Part shown: one piece after another, positions 1 through 8,047 of the stretch | Numbering within the stretch: the stretch's first letter is position 1 | How the letters are laid out: every line of letters begins with the position of its first letter | Origin: Candidatus Gorgyraea atricola | Lineage (GTDB): Bacteria > Omnitrophota > Gorgyraeia > Gorgyraeales > Gorgyraeaceae | Direction: 5' to 3' | Length of the DNA: 61,711 nt | Assembly: GCA_030765235.1 (NCBI GenBank) | Contig: JAVCCW010000018.1 | Span: forward strand, 91,465 to 153,175 | The notes under the pieces: model-generated | Seen by the model: only the letters and a program-made list of their open reading frames with translations | Told to the model about the DNA's origin: nothing | Database searches by the model: none | Program-made: the position numbers and the translations under genes

Positions 1-584
1 GTATCCCTGGGTATACCATTTTCAGGTCCGCCAAGGCCGATTTTTATCTGGCGCAAGGCCCTATCGCTTATATCAACTACCCTGCGAGTGACAATACTAT
101 CAGGATCAATTTTAAGCAAATTGCCTTTTAGTAAATGATTATCGATAAATGCTGCCAGCAGATTATTCGCCGCGCCCACAGCATGGATATCGCCTGTAAA
201 ATGTAGATTAATATCCTCCATGGGCAGGACCTGCGAGTAACCGCCTCCAGCAGCACCGCCCTTTATGCCAAAAACAGGCCCCATAGAAGGCTGGCGCAAT
301 GTAGTGATAACCTTCTTGCCGAGCTTTGCAAGGCCCAGGCTCAGACCTATAGTAGTAACTGTCTTGCCTTCTCCCAGCGGAGTAGGCGTAACAGCTGTAA
401 CATCTATATATTTTCCCTGGGGTTTATTTTTGAGGCGCTCTAATATTGAAAGGGATATCTTTGCTTTGTATTTACCATATAATTCCAGCTCGTCTTCTCT
501 TATTCCTATGTGACGGGCAATTTTAACAATAGGTTTTAGCTTTGCGGCTTGTGCTATATCGAGGTCACTCGGAACCTTTTTCAT
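1..584 (-). CDS. fhs: formate--tetrahydrofolate ligase, N-terminal part (3' end lies beyond window start)
   Basis: My own translation from ATG at 584-582 gives [19 protein letters not shown]...[16 protein letters not shown]...[14 protein letters not shown], the conserved FTHFS N-terminus. It is absent from the ORF track because it is open at the window edge. Confidence 0.9.
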   Translation of the reverse strand, partial: MKKVPSDLDIAQAAKLKPIVKIARHIGIREDELELYGKYKAKISLSILERLKNKPQGKYIDVTAVTPTPLGEGKTVTTIGLSLGLAKLGKKVITTLRQPSMGPVFGIKGGAAGGGYSQVLPMEDINLHFTGDIHAVGAANNLLAAFIDNHLLKGNLLKIDPDSIVTRRVVDISDRALRQIKIGLGGPENGIPRD

Positions 585-604
585 GTATTCTCCTTCTCCA
601 AAGC

Positions 605-648
605 CGAGGTCTAACCTCGGCTTTTTTAAAAAAGCCGAGGTTAGGCCT
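605..648. repeat. GCCGAGG-family palindromic element (fhs-yraN spacer)
   Basis: gaggtctaacctcggctttttt / aaaaaagccgaggttaggcctc has arms that are complementary with one mismatch. It contains the short hairpin AAGCCGAGGT-cta-ACCTCGGCTT followed by T6. Confidence 0.8.
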
Positions 649-1031
649 CAATATCTGTAGCGCAATGCTAATTCAAAGGCATCCTTTATGAGTCTTATGT
701 TTGGCAAAGAGTTTCTGACGCCTTCAACGCACACCACGTCAAATCTACAGTCCTTATCTTCAAGGCCATTACTTTTTATATAGGAAAGAGCTGTTTTCGT
801 GATTTGATCCTGTTTTTTCTTGTTAATGGTATATTCTGGAGATACCGATGTCGCGCTATTTATAGACCGGACTTCGATAAAAGAAATTACATCTTTATCA
901 GTACCTATTATATCTATTTCACCCATTTTTGTCCTGTAATTTTTTCCAATTATCTTATAACCCTGCTTCTTTAAATATAAAAGCGCCAGGTCTTCACCGC
1001 GTTTTCCTGTCGACAATCTCTCAAAAGTCAT
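648..1031 (-). CDS. yraN: YraN-family endonuclease (UPF0102)
   Basis: The 127-aa ORF has the pattern GKRGEDLALLYLKKQGYKIIGKNYRTKMGEIDIIG...FIEVRS typical of YraN. The rnhB-yraN neighbourhood is common. Confidence 0.8.
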   Translation of the reverse strand: MTFERLSTGKRGEDLALLYLKKQGYKIIGKNYRTKMGEIDIIGTDKDVISFIEVRSINSATSVSPEYTINKKKQDQITKTALSYIKSNGLEDKDCRFDVVCVEGVRNSLPNIRLIKDAFELALRYRY

Positions 1032-1680
1032 TTTTCATAGGCGCGAAGCTTTTTCTGTGGATCTGGCACGGGCCATACGTCTTTATTGCCTCTAAATGCG
1101 CCTTTGTGCCATACCCCTTATGCCTCGAAAATCCATATCGAGGGAATCTCCTGTCAAAAAAGTCCATCATCCTATCCCGCGTGACCTTGGCAATAATCGA
1201 CGCTGCTGCTATTGAAAGGCTCTTCGAGTCCCCCTTTATAATGCGCACCGTGCGATACGGGAGTCCTGGGTCCATATTGCCATCGACAAGTACACAAACC
1301 TTCTTTCTTATCTGAGACTCTTTTTTATTATTTACGCGGCAATAGTCCTTGAGAAGATTTTTTACAGCCTCTCTCATGGCTGAAAGAGTCGCAACGCGTA
1401 TATTCTTTTTATCAATGAACTGATGATCCTTTTTACCTATACCAAATACAGCCTTTTTTGAGATCTCGCAAAAACTCTTTTCTCTCTGTCCTTGAGCTAT
1501 CTTCTTGGAATCGTCGATTCTTTCTCTATACTGAGGCAAGCTAAATCTCTTTAGAGGAGATCGCTTCAGACTCACCGCGCCTGCCACTACTGGCCCTGCC
1601 AGAGGGCCGCGGCCCGCCTCATCCATGCCTATTATTAAAGACGCTCCATCAAGAAATGCCTTTTTCTCCCAGAGAAGCAT
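1021..1680 (-). CDS. rnhB: ribonuclease HII
   Basis: It has the [15 protein letters not shown] active-site motif. The longest ORF (to 1731) starts with TTG and overlaps rplS by 83 nt, so the ATG at 1680 is preferred. Confidence 0.85.
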   Translation of the reverse strand: MLLWEKKAFLDGASLIIGMDEAGRGPLAGPVVAGAVSLKRSPLKRFSLPQYRERIDDSKKIAQGQREKSFCEISKKAVFGIGKKDHQFIDKKNIRVATLSAMREAVKNLLKDYCRVNNKKESQIRKKVCVLVDGNMDPGLPYRTVRIIKGDSKSLSIAAASIIAKVTRDRMMDFFDRRFPRYGFSRHKGYGTKAHLEAIKTYGPCQIHRKSFAPMKNDF

Positions 1681-2038
1681 CCGCTTTTTTCTCAAACTCA
1701 CGCTCTTCTTCGATCTTCGTGTGCTTTCCAATTCTTTTCCTTAAATAATACAGTTTGGCGCGTCTGACCTTGCCTTTTTTTACTACCTTTATAGAGTCGA
1801 TCACAGGCGAGTGCAATTGAAAAAGCCTTTCTACACCTTCGCCATATGATATACGCCTTACTGAAAAGGTCTCCCTGACTCCAGAGCCCTTCTTTGCTAT
1901 ACACGTGCCCTCATAGGCCTGAAGTCGAGTCTTATCACCTTCTTTTATCTTGATGGATACTTTCAGCGTATCCCCCACATTAAACATAGGCACATTCTTT
2001 TTCATAAAATCTTTTTCTATCTCACTGATCTTGTTCAT
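1649..2038 (-). CDS. rplS: 50S ribosomal protein L19
   Basis: The translation [26 protein letters not shown]...[13 protein letters not shown] matches bL19. The ATG at 2038 overlaps the trmD stop as ATGA, and the longer track ORF is an upstream extension. Confidence 0.9.
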   Translation of the reverse strand: MNKISEIEKDFMKKNVPMFNVGDTLKVSIKIKEGDKTRLQAYEGTCIAKKGSGVRETFSVRRISYGEGVERLFQLHSPVIDSIKVVKKGKVRRAKLYYLRKRIGKHTKIEEEREFEKKADASLGEKGIS

Positions 2039-2739
2039 AAATCCCCTTTCTTTTTCTTTAGTAAATCCGGTCTTTTTTTCTTCGTTGCTTTTAAAGACTC
2101 TTTTTTGCGCCACTCCTTTATTTTTTCATGATCACCTGACAAAAGCGCATCAGGGACCTTCATGCCTTTATAGTCAGCAGGCCTTGTGTATTGCGGATAC
2201 TCCAATGTTCCCTTTGAAAAGGACTCGTTCTCAGAAGAGTCTTCGTTTCCCAGCGCGCCAGGTAAAAGCCTTGTAACAGCATCTATGACTACCATTGCTG
2301 GAAGTTCCCCTCCGGTCAAAACATAATCTCCTATTGAAATCTCATCATCAACAAGGTGTTCCTGCACCCTCTCATCAATGCCTTCATAATGCCCGCATAG
2401 CAAGACCATATGCTCATATTTAGATAATTTTTTTGCCAGCTTGTGATTAAATGTCTTGCCCTTTGGGCTCAACAAAACAACTCTGGTCTTTAGTCTTTTG
2501 TCTTTAGTCTTTTGTCTTATATAATTTACTACTTCAAAAAATGGCTCGGCGTTCATGACCATGCCAGGTCCGCCGCCGAATGGCTTGTCATCTACTTTCC
2601 TATGCTTATCGCTAGTAAACTCTCTCAAGTCTACTATGTCTATTTCGACAACGCCTTTTTTCTGCGCCCGCTTTATGATAGACTCGCCCAGCACAGCATC
2701 AAACATCTTTGGAAATATAGTGACAACATCTATGCGCAT
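2035..2739 (-). CDS. trmD: tRNA (guanine37-N1)-methyltransferase
   Basis: Full-length TrmD-like ORF ([27 protein letters not shown]). It sits in rpsP-trmD-rplS synteny, with no rimM between. Confidence 0.92.
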   Translation of the reverse strand: MRIDVVTIFPKMFDAVLGESIIKRAQKKGVVEIDIVDLREFTSDKHRKVDDKPFGGGPGMVMNAEPFFEVVNYIRQKTKDKRLKTRVVLLSPKGKTFNHKLAKKLSKYEHMVLLCGHYEGIDERVQEHLVDDEISIGDYVLTGGELPAMVVIDAVTRLLPGALGNEDSSENESFSKGTLEYPQYTRPADYKGMKVPDALLSGDHEKIKEWRKKESLKATKKKRPDLLKKKKGDL

Positions 2740-2750
2740 AAGTTCCGCGT

Positions 2751-2993
2751 TTAAATTACACCTTGCTTCTTAAGCAAGACACGCACGATCTCAGATGGCG
2801 TAGCGCCATTACTTATCCAGTATTTGGCTCTCTCTTTGTCGAGCTTTATGGCTGGCGGCTTCTTTGATGGATCGTAGTAACCTATCTCATCTATTGTCTT
2901 GCCGTCTCTTGCGCGTTTTTTGTCTGCCACAACGATTCTCTGATGCGGCTTTTTCTTTGTACCAAACCTCTTGAGTCTAATTCGTACTGCCAT
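2751..2993 (-). CDS. rpsP: 30S ribosomal protein S16
   Basis: MAVRIRLKRFGTKKKPHQRIVVAD... matches bS16. Its start overlaps the murA stop as TAATG. Confidence 0.92.
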   Translation of the reverse strand: MAVRIRLKRFGTKKKPHQRIVVADKKRARDGKTIDEIGYYDPSKKPPAIKLDKERAKYWISNGATPSEIVRVLLKKQGVI

Positions 2994-4258
2994 TATTCCT
3001 CCTTCTCTCTTTTTATTTTAGCTCCTAATTTTTCTAGCTTTTCTTCGATGTTGTGATATCCCCTGTCTATATGATAGATCCTGGATATCTCTGTCTTTCC
3101 TTTGGCAACCAAGCCCGCGAGTATCAATGCCGCGGACGCGCGAAGATCTGACGCCATTACTGGCGCGCCGCTAAGCCGCGTAGCTCCCTTCACGATCGCG
3201 CTTGGCCCTTCGAGAAATACCTGCGCGCCCATCCTTGCGAGCTCGCTCACGTGCATAAACCTTTCAGGATATATCTTCTCAGTGATGACACTGATGCCCT
3301 TTGTCGCTGTCATAAGCGCCATCATCTGCGCCTGCATATCAGTTGGAAAGCCAGGGTATGGCAGAGTCGCAACATCTACTGGCTTTAAAGAGCGGGACTT
3401 TTTAACGTGCAGACCATCTTTGACACTCGTAACCTTTATCCCAACACTCTTTAATTTATCTACCAAGGCCCCTACATGCTCTATCCTGGCATGCTTTATA
3501 AATATGTCTCCCCCTGTAATAGCGCTCGCTATCATAAAGGTGCCTGCCTCGATCCTGTCGTAAATCACTGAGTGCTCTGCGCCATGAAGCGAGCGTACAC
3601 CATCTATCTCTATGACAGGTGTTCCGTTTCCTTTTATCTTAGCGCCCATCTTAATAAGAAATCTTGCCAGATCATCTATCTCTGGTTCGCATGCAGCGCT
3701 TTCAATCACAGTCTTACCTTTTGCGAGTGTCGCAGCCATCATAAGATTTGCAGTTGCCAGGACACTTGAACCAAAATTTCCACCAAGATACACCCTGCTC
3801 CCTCGAAGCTCTTTCGCATTTGCTACTATATAACCATGTTCGATCTTGATATCAGCTCCTATTGAACGCAACCCTTTTACATGTAAATCAATAGGCCTTG
3901 GACCTATGACGCATCCGCCAGGCATTGAAACTTCTGCATGCTTTAGCTTAGCCAATACAGGGCCAAGCACGCATATAGAAGCCCTCATTGTACTCACCAG
4001 CTTATATGGCGCAGTATAATTGGAATAACCAGCTGGCTCCACTATAACAGTATCGTCTTCCATTGCCACCTTTGCGCCCAGATAACGCATTATCCGAAGC
4101 ATAGTATAGACGTCTCTCAGTGGCGGCACATTTTTTATTATTGATTTTCTGTCTGTTAAAAGTGTTGCTGCCAGAATAGGGAGCGCCGCGTTCTTTGCGC
4201 CGCTTAACTCAACGCTGCCTTTTAACCTTACCCCGCCTTCTACAATAAACTTATCCAT
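2993..4258 (-). CDS. murA: UDP-N-acetylglucosamine 1-carboxyvinyltransferase
   Basis: The 421-aa ORF has the MurA catalytic loop PGGCVIGPRPIDLH and an EPSP-fold repeat pattern. Confidence 0.93.
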   Translation of the reverse strand: MDKFIVEGGVRLKGSVELSGAKNAALPILAATLLTDRKSIIKNVPPLRDVYTMLRIMRYLGAKVAMEDDTVIVEPAGYSNYTAPYKLVSTMRASICVLGPVLAKLKHAEVSMPGGCVIGPRPIDLHVKGLRSIGADIKIEHGYIVANAKELRGSRVYLGGNFGSSVLATANLMMAATLAKGKTVIESAACEPEIDDLARFLIKMGAKIKGNGTPVIEIDGVRSLHGAEHSVIYDRIEAGTFMIASAITGGDIFIKHARIEHVGALVDKLKSVGIKVTSVKDGLHVKKSRSLKPVDVATLPYPGFPTDMQAQMMALMTATKGISVITEKIYPERFMHVSELARMGAQVFLEGPSAIVKGATRLSGAPVMASDLRASAALILAGLVAKGKTEISRIYHIDRGYHNIEEKLEKLGAKIKREKEE

Positions 4259-4902
4259 ACAATCCTATCTATGTCACTAAAGTCCCTTTTTACCCTATAT
4301 ATCCTATATATACTTTTTGCCCCAAATATATCCAATATTGCATCCCTCTGCCCAAAACCTATCTCTAAAAATATAGAGCCCTTCTCTCTTAAATACACTG
4401 GCGCCTCATTCTCTATGCGCCTGTAAAAATCCAAGCCATCCTCTCCGCCATACAGGGCTCTTCTTGGCTCGCAGCGCACCTCTTCCTGCAGCCATTCAAA
4501 ATCAGCCTTTTTTACATACGGCGGGTTGCATACTATTATATCAAATTTCTCTCTTTTTTCCAACGGTAAACCTTTAAAAAGATCGCCTTCGTAAAATGTA
4601 ATGTTCTTCTCAACCTTATGACGCGTAGCATTTTTTCTTGCAATCTCAAGACTTGCCCCTGAAATATCCGTAGCAACGATTTCTGCATCAGGAAGCGCAT
4701 GCGCCAAACTAACAGCAATATTCCCCGACCCAGTACAGAGATCCAACACCCTTGTCCCTTGTCCCCTGCCCCTTGTCCCTTCCAACACCTCCCAAACAAG
4801 CATCTCCGTCTCCGGCCTCGGAATAAACACGTCTTTATTCACGACAAAGTCCAGTCCCATGAAATCAGTACGACCTTCTGTATATTGAATAGGTTCAATC
4901 AT
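4240..4902 (-). CDS. prmC: release factor glutamine N5-methyltransferase, short form lacking the N-terminal helical domain
   Basis: It has the SAM motif VLDLCTGSGNI and the NPPY motif, and sits directly downstream of prfA. It is only 220 aa and carries an in-frame GGGACAAG-type repeat (TRGRGQGTR). Confidence 0.8.
   Translation of the reverse strand: MIEPIQYTEGRTDFMGLDFVVNKDVFIPRPETEMLVWEVLEGTRGRGQGTRVLDLCTGSGNIAVSLAHALPDAEIVATDISGASLEIARKNATRHKVEKNITFYEGDLFKGLPLEKREKFDIIVCNPPYVKKADFEWLQEEVRCEPRRALYGGEDGLDFYRRIENEAPVYLREKGSIFLEIGFGQRDAILDIFGAKSIYRIYRVKRDFSDIDRIVWISLL
4742..4789 (-). repeat. GGGACAAG-type repeat (30 nt) flanked by a 9-bp direct duplication, in frame in prmC
   Basis: On the plus strand, tccaacacc (4742-4750), then cttgtcccttgtcccctgccccttgtccct, then tccaacacc (4781-4789). 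It encodes VLE-GTRGRGQGTR-VLD. Confidence 0.85.
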
Positions 4903-4916
4903 GTCATGTCGAGTAA

Positions 4917-4955
4917 GGCGAAACCTCCGTCATGTTATGTGGCGGAGGTTTCGCC
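4917..4955. repeat. 13-bp-stem palindrome spanning the prfA stop / prmC upstream junction
   Basis: The arms ggcgaaacctccg (4917-4929) and cggaggtttcgcc (4943-4955) are perfect complements. The prfA stop codon (4935-4937) is in the loop. Confidence 0.8.
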
Positions 4956-6023
4956 TTGGGCACCCTGTCCCAGTTTTAATTTTCTCTCTGCCTGCAAAAG
5001 CGCGTCTATGATCTCGTCTATCTCACCTTCCATTACCCTGTCCAGCTTGTGAATCGTAAATCCTATCCTGTGGTCAGTCACGCGCCTATCTGGAAAATTA
5101 TACGTCCGTATCTTTTCGCTGCGATCGCCTGTGCCTACCTGGTTTTTTCTATCGCTTGCTGTCTTTTTTTGCTGTTCCCGCCGCAGATTATCAAGCACCC
5201 TCGCTTTAAGCACCTTCATTGCGGCGGCCTTGTTTTTGTGTTGAGATCGCTCATTCTGACATTGCACCACTGTCCCGGTCGGGATATGCGTGATCCTTAC
5301 AGCAGAATCCGTGACATTCACATGCTGACCTCCTGCGCCACCCGCACGATAAGTATCTATCTTCAAATCCTGCGGATTTATCTGCATATCCACATCCTCT
5401 GCTTCAGGCAAGACAGCCACAGTTACGGCAGAGGTATGTATCCTGCCAGAAGACTCAGTGGTAGGAACGCGCTGCACTCTGTGCGCTCCCTTTTCATGCT
5501 TTAATTTTTTATAGACATTCTTTCCTTTTATGGAAAATATTACTTCCTTGAAGCCTCCAGCCTCTGCAATGTGGCTATCCATCACCTCTATCTTCCAGCC
5601 AGCCTTTACAGCATGCTTGGAATACATTCTGAAAAGATCTCCCGCGAATAACGATGCCTCCGCGCCTCCTGTGCCTGCCCTTATCTCCATAATGACGTCT
5701 TTAGCGGCATCTACATCCTCATCCAGGATCATCTCTTCGAGCTTGAGTTGCAATCCACCCTTCTTCTTTTTCAGCTCGCTGATCTCCTTCTTTGCCATGT
5801 CAATAAGCTCAGCATGCGACTCTTTTTCCAAAAGCCTCTCTGTGTCGCTTATCTCAGCAAGGATCTTCTTGTATTCTTTGTATTTCGCTACGGTATCTTC
5901 CAGGGACGCAAGTTCCTTGGCAAGCTTCTGATATCTCTCCCTGTCAGAAACCACCCCACTATCCATCATAAAACCATGGATCTCTTCATAGCGTTTTAGC
6001 TGAGCATCAAATTTCTCAAACAT
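4935..6023 (-). CDS. prfA: peptide chain release factor 1
   Basis: It has the GGQ motif (AGGAGGQHVN) and RVQRVPTTESSGRIHTS. The last codons and the stop lie inside a 13-bp-stem palindrome. Confidence 0.93.
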   Translation of the reverse strand: MFEKFDAQLKRYEEIHGFMMDSGVVSDRERYQKLAKELASLEDTVAKYKEYKKILAEISDTERLLEKESHAELIDMAKKEISELKKKKGGLQLKLEEMILDEDVDAAKDVIMEIRAGTGGAEASLFAGDLFRMYSKHAVKAGWKIEVMDSHIAEAGGFKEVIFSIKGKNVYKKLKHEKGAHRVQRVPTTESSGRIHTSAVTVAVLPEAEDVDMQINPQDLKIDTYRAGGAGGQHVNVTDSAVRITHIPTGTVVQCQNERSQHKNKAAAMKVLKARVLDNLRREQQKKTASDRKNQVGTGDRSEKIRTYNFPDRRVTDHRIGFTIHKLDRVMEGEIDEIIDALLQAERKLKLGQGAQGETSAT

Positions 6024-6026
6024 AAT

Positions 6027-6227
6027 TTATTTCTTCTTGTATTTCTTCAAGAACTTCTCGACCCTGCCGGCAGAATCAATGAATTTTTGCTTGCCCGTGA
6101 AGAATGGGTGACATTTGGAACATATCTCCACGCGGATATTCTGCTTTGTAGAGCGTGTATGAATAACCTCACCACACGCGCATATAATGGTCGTATCCTT
6201 GTAATTCGGATGTATCTTCTCCCTCAT
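6027..6227 (-). CDS. rpmE: 50S ribosomal protein L31
   Basis: The 66-aa [12 protein letters not shown]...CACGEV...[12 protein letters not shown] matches the zinc-binding bL31 pattern. Confidence 0.9.
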   Translation of the reverse strand: MREKIHPNYKDTTIICACGEVIHTRSTKQNIRVEICSKCHPFFTGKQKFIDSAGRVEKFLKKYKKK

Positions 6228-6237
6228 GTTCTCCTCC

Positions 6238-7503
6238 TTATTGGTTCATGCTCTCTAAAAATTCCTCGTTCGACTTTGTCCTTCTGAGCTTGCCAAGAAG
6301 AAGCTCCATTGCCTCAATACTGTTTAGCTCATTCAGGACCTTTCTTAATATCCACACCCTCTGCAGTTCTTTCTCGCTCATCAAAAGCTCTTCTTTTCTT
6401 GTGTTTGATCTTTTGATGTCGATCGCTGGGTAGACCCTTCTCTGGAACAGGTTTCTATCCATCTGCAGCTCCATGTTTCCAGTTCCTTTAAATTCCTCGA
6501 ATATGACCTCGTCCATCCTACTGCCTGTGTCAACTAAGGCAGTAGCTATTATCGTAAGGCTCCCGCCCTCTTCTATGTTCCTGGCAGCGCCGAAGAATCT
6601 CTTTGGTTTATGAAGCGCGCTCGAATCCACACCGCCTGAAAGTATCTTTCCAGAATGCGGCACAACTGTGTTATACGCCCTTGCCAAACGCGTTATGCTA
6701 TCGAGAAGTATCACGACATCCTTCTTATGCTCGACAAGCCGCCTTGCCTTCGCAAGCACCATCTCTGCCACCTGCACGTGCCTCTCAGCAGGCTCGTCAA
6801 ATGTCGAACTTACTACCTCGCCTTTTACTGAGCGCTGCATATCCGTAACCTCTTCAGGTCTCTCATCTATAAGAAGTACCATTATAGAGGCATCAGGACA
6901 GTTTATCGCTATGCTATTCGCCACCTTCTGCATGATAATGGTTTTTCCACTGTAAGGCGGGGCGACTATCATACCCCTCTGCCCTTTTCCTATGGGTGTC
7001 AATAGATCCATTACCCGTGTTGAAAGCTCATCCTTTTTTGTTTCCAATTTAAATCTCTCGTTCGGATAAAGAGGTGTAAGGTTATCGAATAATATCTTAT
7101 CCTTTGAGGCCTCAGGCCCTTCAAAATTTATCGCCTCTACCTTAAGGAGCGCAAAATATTTTTCACCCTCCTTTGGCGGCCTTATCTGCCCGCTCACAGT
7201 ATCGCCCGTGCGCATGCTAAATTTTTTAATCTGCGAAGGTGAGACATATATATCATCCGGACCTGGAAGATAATTGTAATTGACAGAGCGCAAAAATCCA
7301 AATCCATCAGGAAGCGTCTCCAGCACGCCCTCGCCAAATATGAGGCCTGCCTTTTCTGTCTGCGCCTGAAGCACCTTAAATATCAGCTCCTGCTTTCTCA
7401 GCCCACTCACACCATTGACCTTTAGATCTACCGCCACCTTGTTCAGCTCTGACACTTTCAAGGATTTAAGTTTTTCAATATCTAATTTCTCTTTTACATT
7501 CAT
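6238..7503 (-). CDS. rho: transcription termination factor Rho
   Basis: It has the Rho N-terminal and cold-shock-like domains (GFGFLR), a P-loop APPYSGKT, and a RecA-type core over its full length. Confidence 0.93.
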   Translation of the reverse strand: MNVKEKLDIEKLKSLKVSELNKVAVDLKVNGVSGLRKQELIFKVLQAQTEKAGLIFGEGVLETLPDGFGFLRSVNYNYLPGPDDIYVSPSQIKKFSMRTGDTVSGQIRPPKEGEKYFALLKVEAINFEGPEASKDKILFDNLTPLYPNERFKLETKKDELSTRVMDLLTPIGKGQRGMIVAPPYSGKTIIMQKVANSIAINCPDASIMVLLIDERPEEVTDMQRSVKGEVVSSTFDEPAERHVQVAEMVLAKARRLVEHKKDVVILLDSITRLARAYNTVVPHSGKILSGGVDSSALHKPKRFFGAARNIEEGGSLTIIATALVDTGSRMDEVIFEEFKGTGNMELQMDRNLFQRRVYPAIDIKRSNTRKEELLMSEKELQRVWILRKVLNELNSIEAMELLLGKLRRTKSNEEFLESMNQ

Positions 7504-7504
7504 G

Positions 7505-8047
7505 TCACACTCCTAATTGTTTCCAGATCTTCCTGACCTGGGATAGTGTTTTTTTCTTCGATCCGCTATTATCTATGGTAAAGTCTGCAAGCGTCAGCTT
7601 TTTTTTTAAACTCGCCTGCATCCTTATTCTCTGTAAGCTGTCCTTTTTCCTTGAGTCGGCTTTGACAACGATTATTTTGTCCATATTTTTATAAAAATCA
7701 CTCTCTATCAGAAGCGCGGCATCCACAACAATCTTTCTCTTTTTATTTCTTCGAATTATTTTATTTATTTCTTTTATCGCAGATGGATGTACTAATTTAT
7801 TCAATAGATCCAATCTCGATCTATTACTAAACACGATCTCTGCAAGCCTGTGCCTGTGGATATTCTTTCTCGCATCAAGTATGCCTGCTCCGAAATGCTT
7901 AATGATCTTTTTGTACACTTGTTTAGGGCGCTCCATCAGGGAATGGCAAACCCTGTCAGCGTCGATCACAAAGGCGCCGCACCTCGCAAACATCTTTGCA
8001 ACAGTACTCTTGCCGCTGCCATAATTACCCGTGATTCCTATTAACAT
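7505..8047 (-). CDS. coaE: dephospho-CoA kinase
   Basis: [16 protein letters not shown]-loop at the N-terminus. The ATG at 8047 is preferred over the GTG-initiated extension to 8077 that overlaps polA. Confidence 0.85.
   Translation of the reverse strand: MLIGITGNYGSGKSTVAKMFARCGAFVIDADRVCHSLMERPKQVYKKIIKHFGAGILDARKNIHRHRLAEIVFSNRSRLDLLNKLVHPSAIKEINKIIRRNKKRKIVVDAALLIESDFYKNMDKIIVVKADSRKKDSLQRIRMQASLKKKLTLADFTIDNSGSKKKTLSQVRKIWKQLGV

Noticed and set aside
929-1315. Plus-strand track ORFs such as 265-513, 929-1315, 3102-3563, 17640-18206, 48557-49090 and 60724-61272
   Set aside because: Every one lies antisense to a minus-strand gene with a clear conserved product. Their translations are low-complexity (Ser/Leu/Phe/Ile-rich) with no recognisable motifs. 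They are shadow ORFs.
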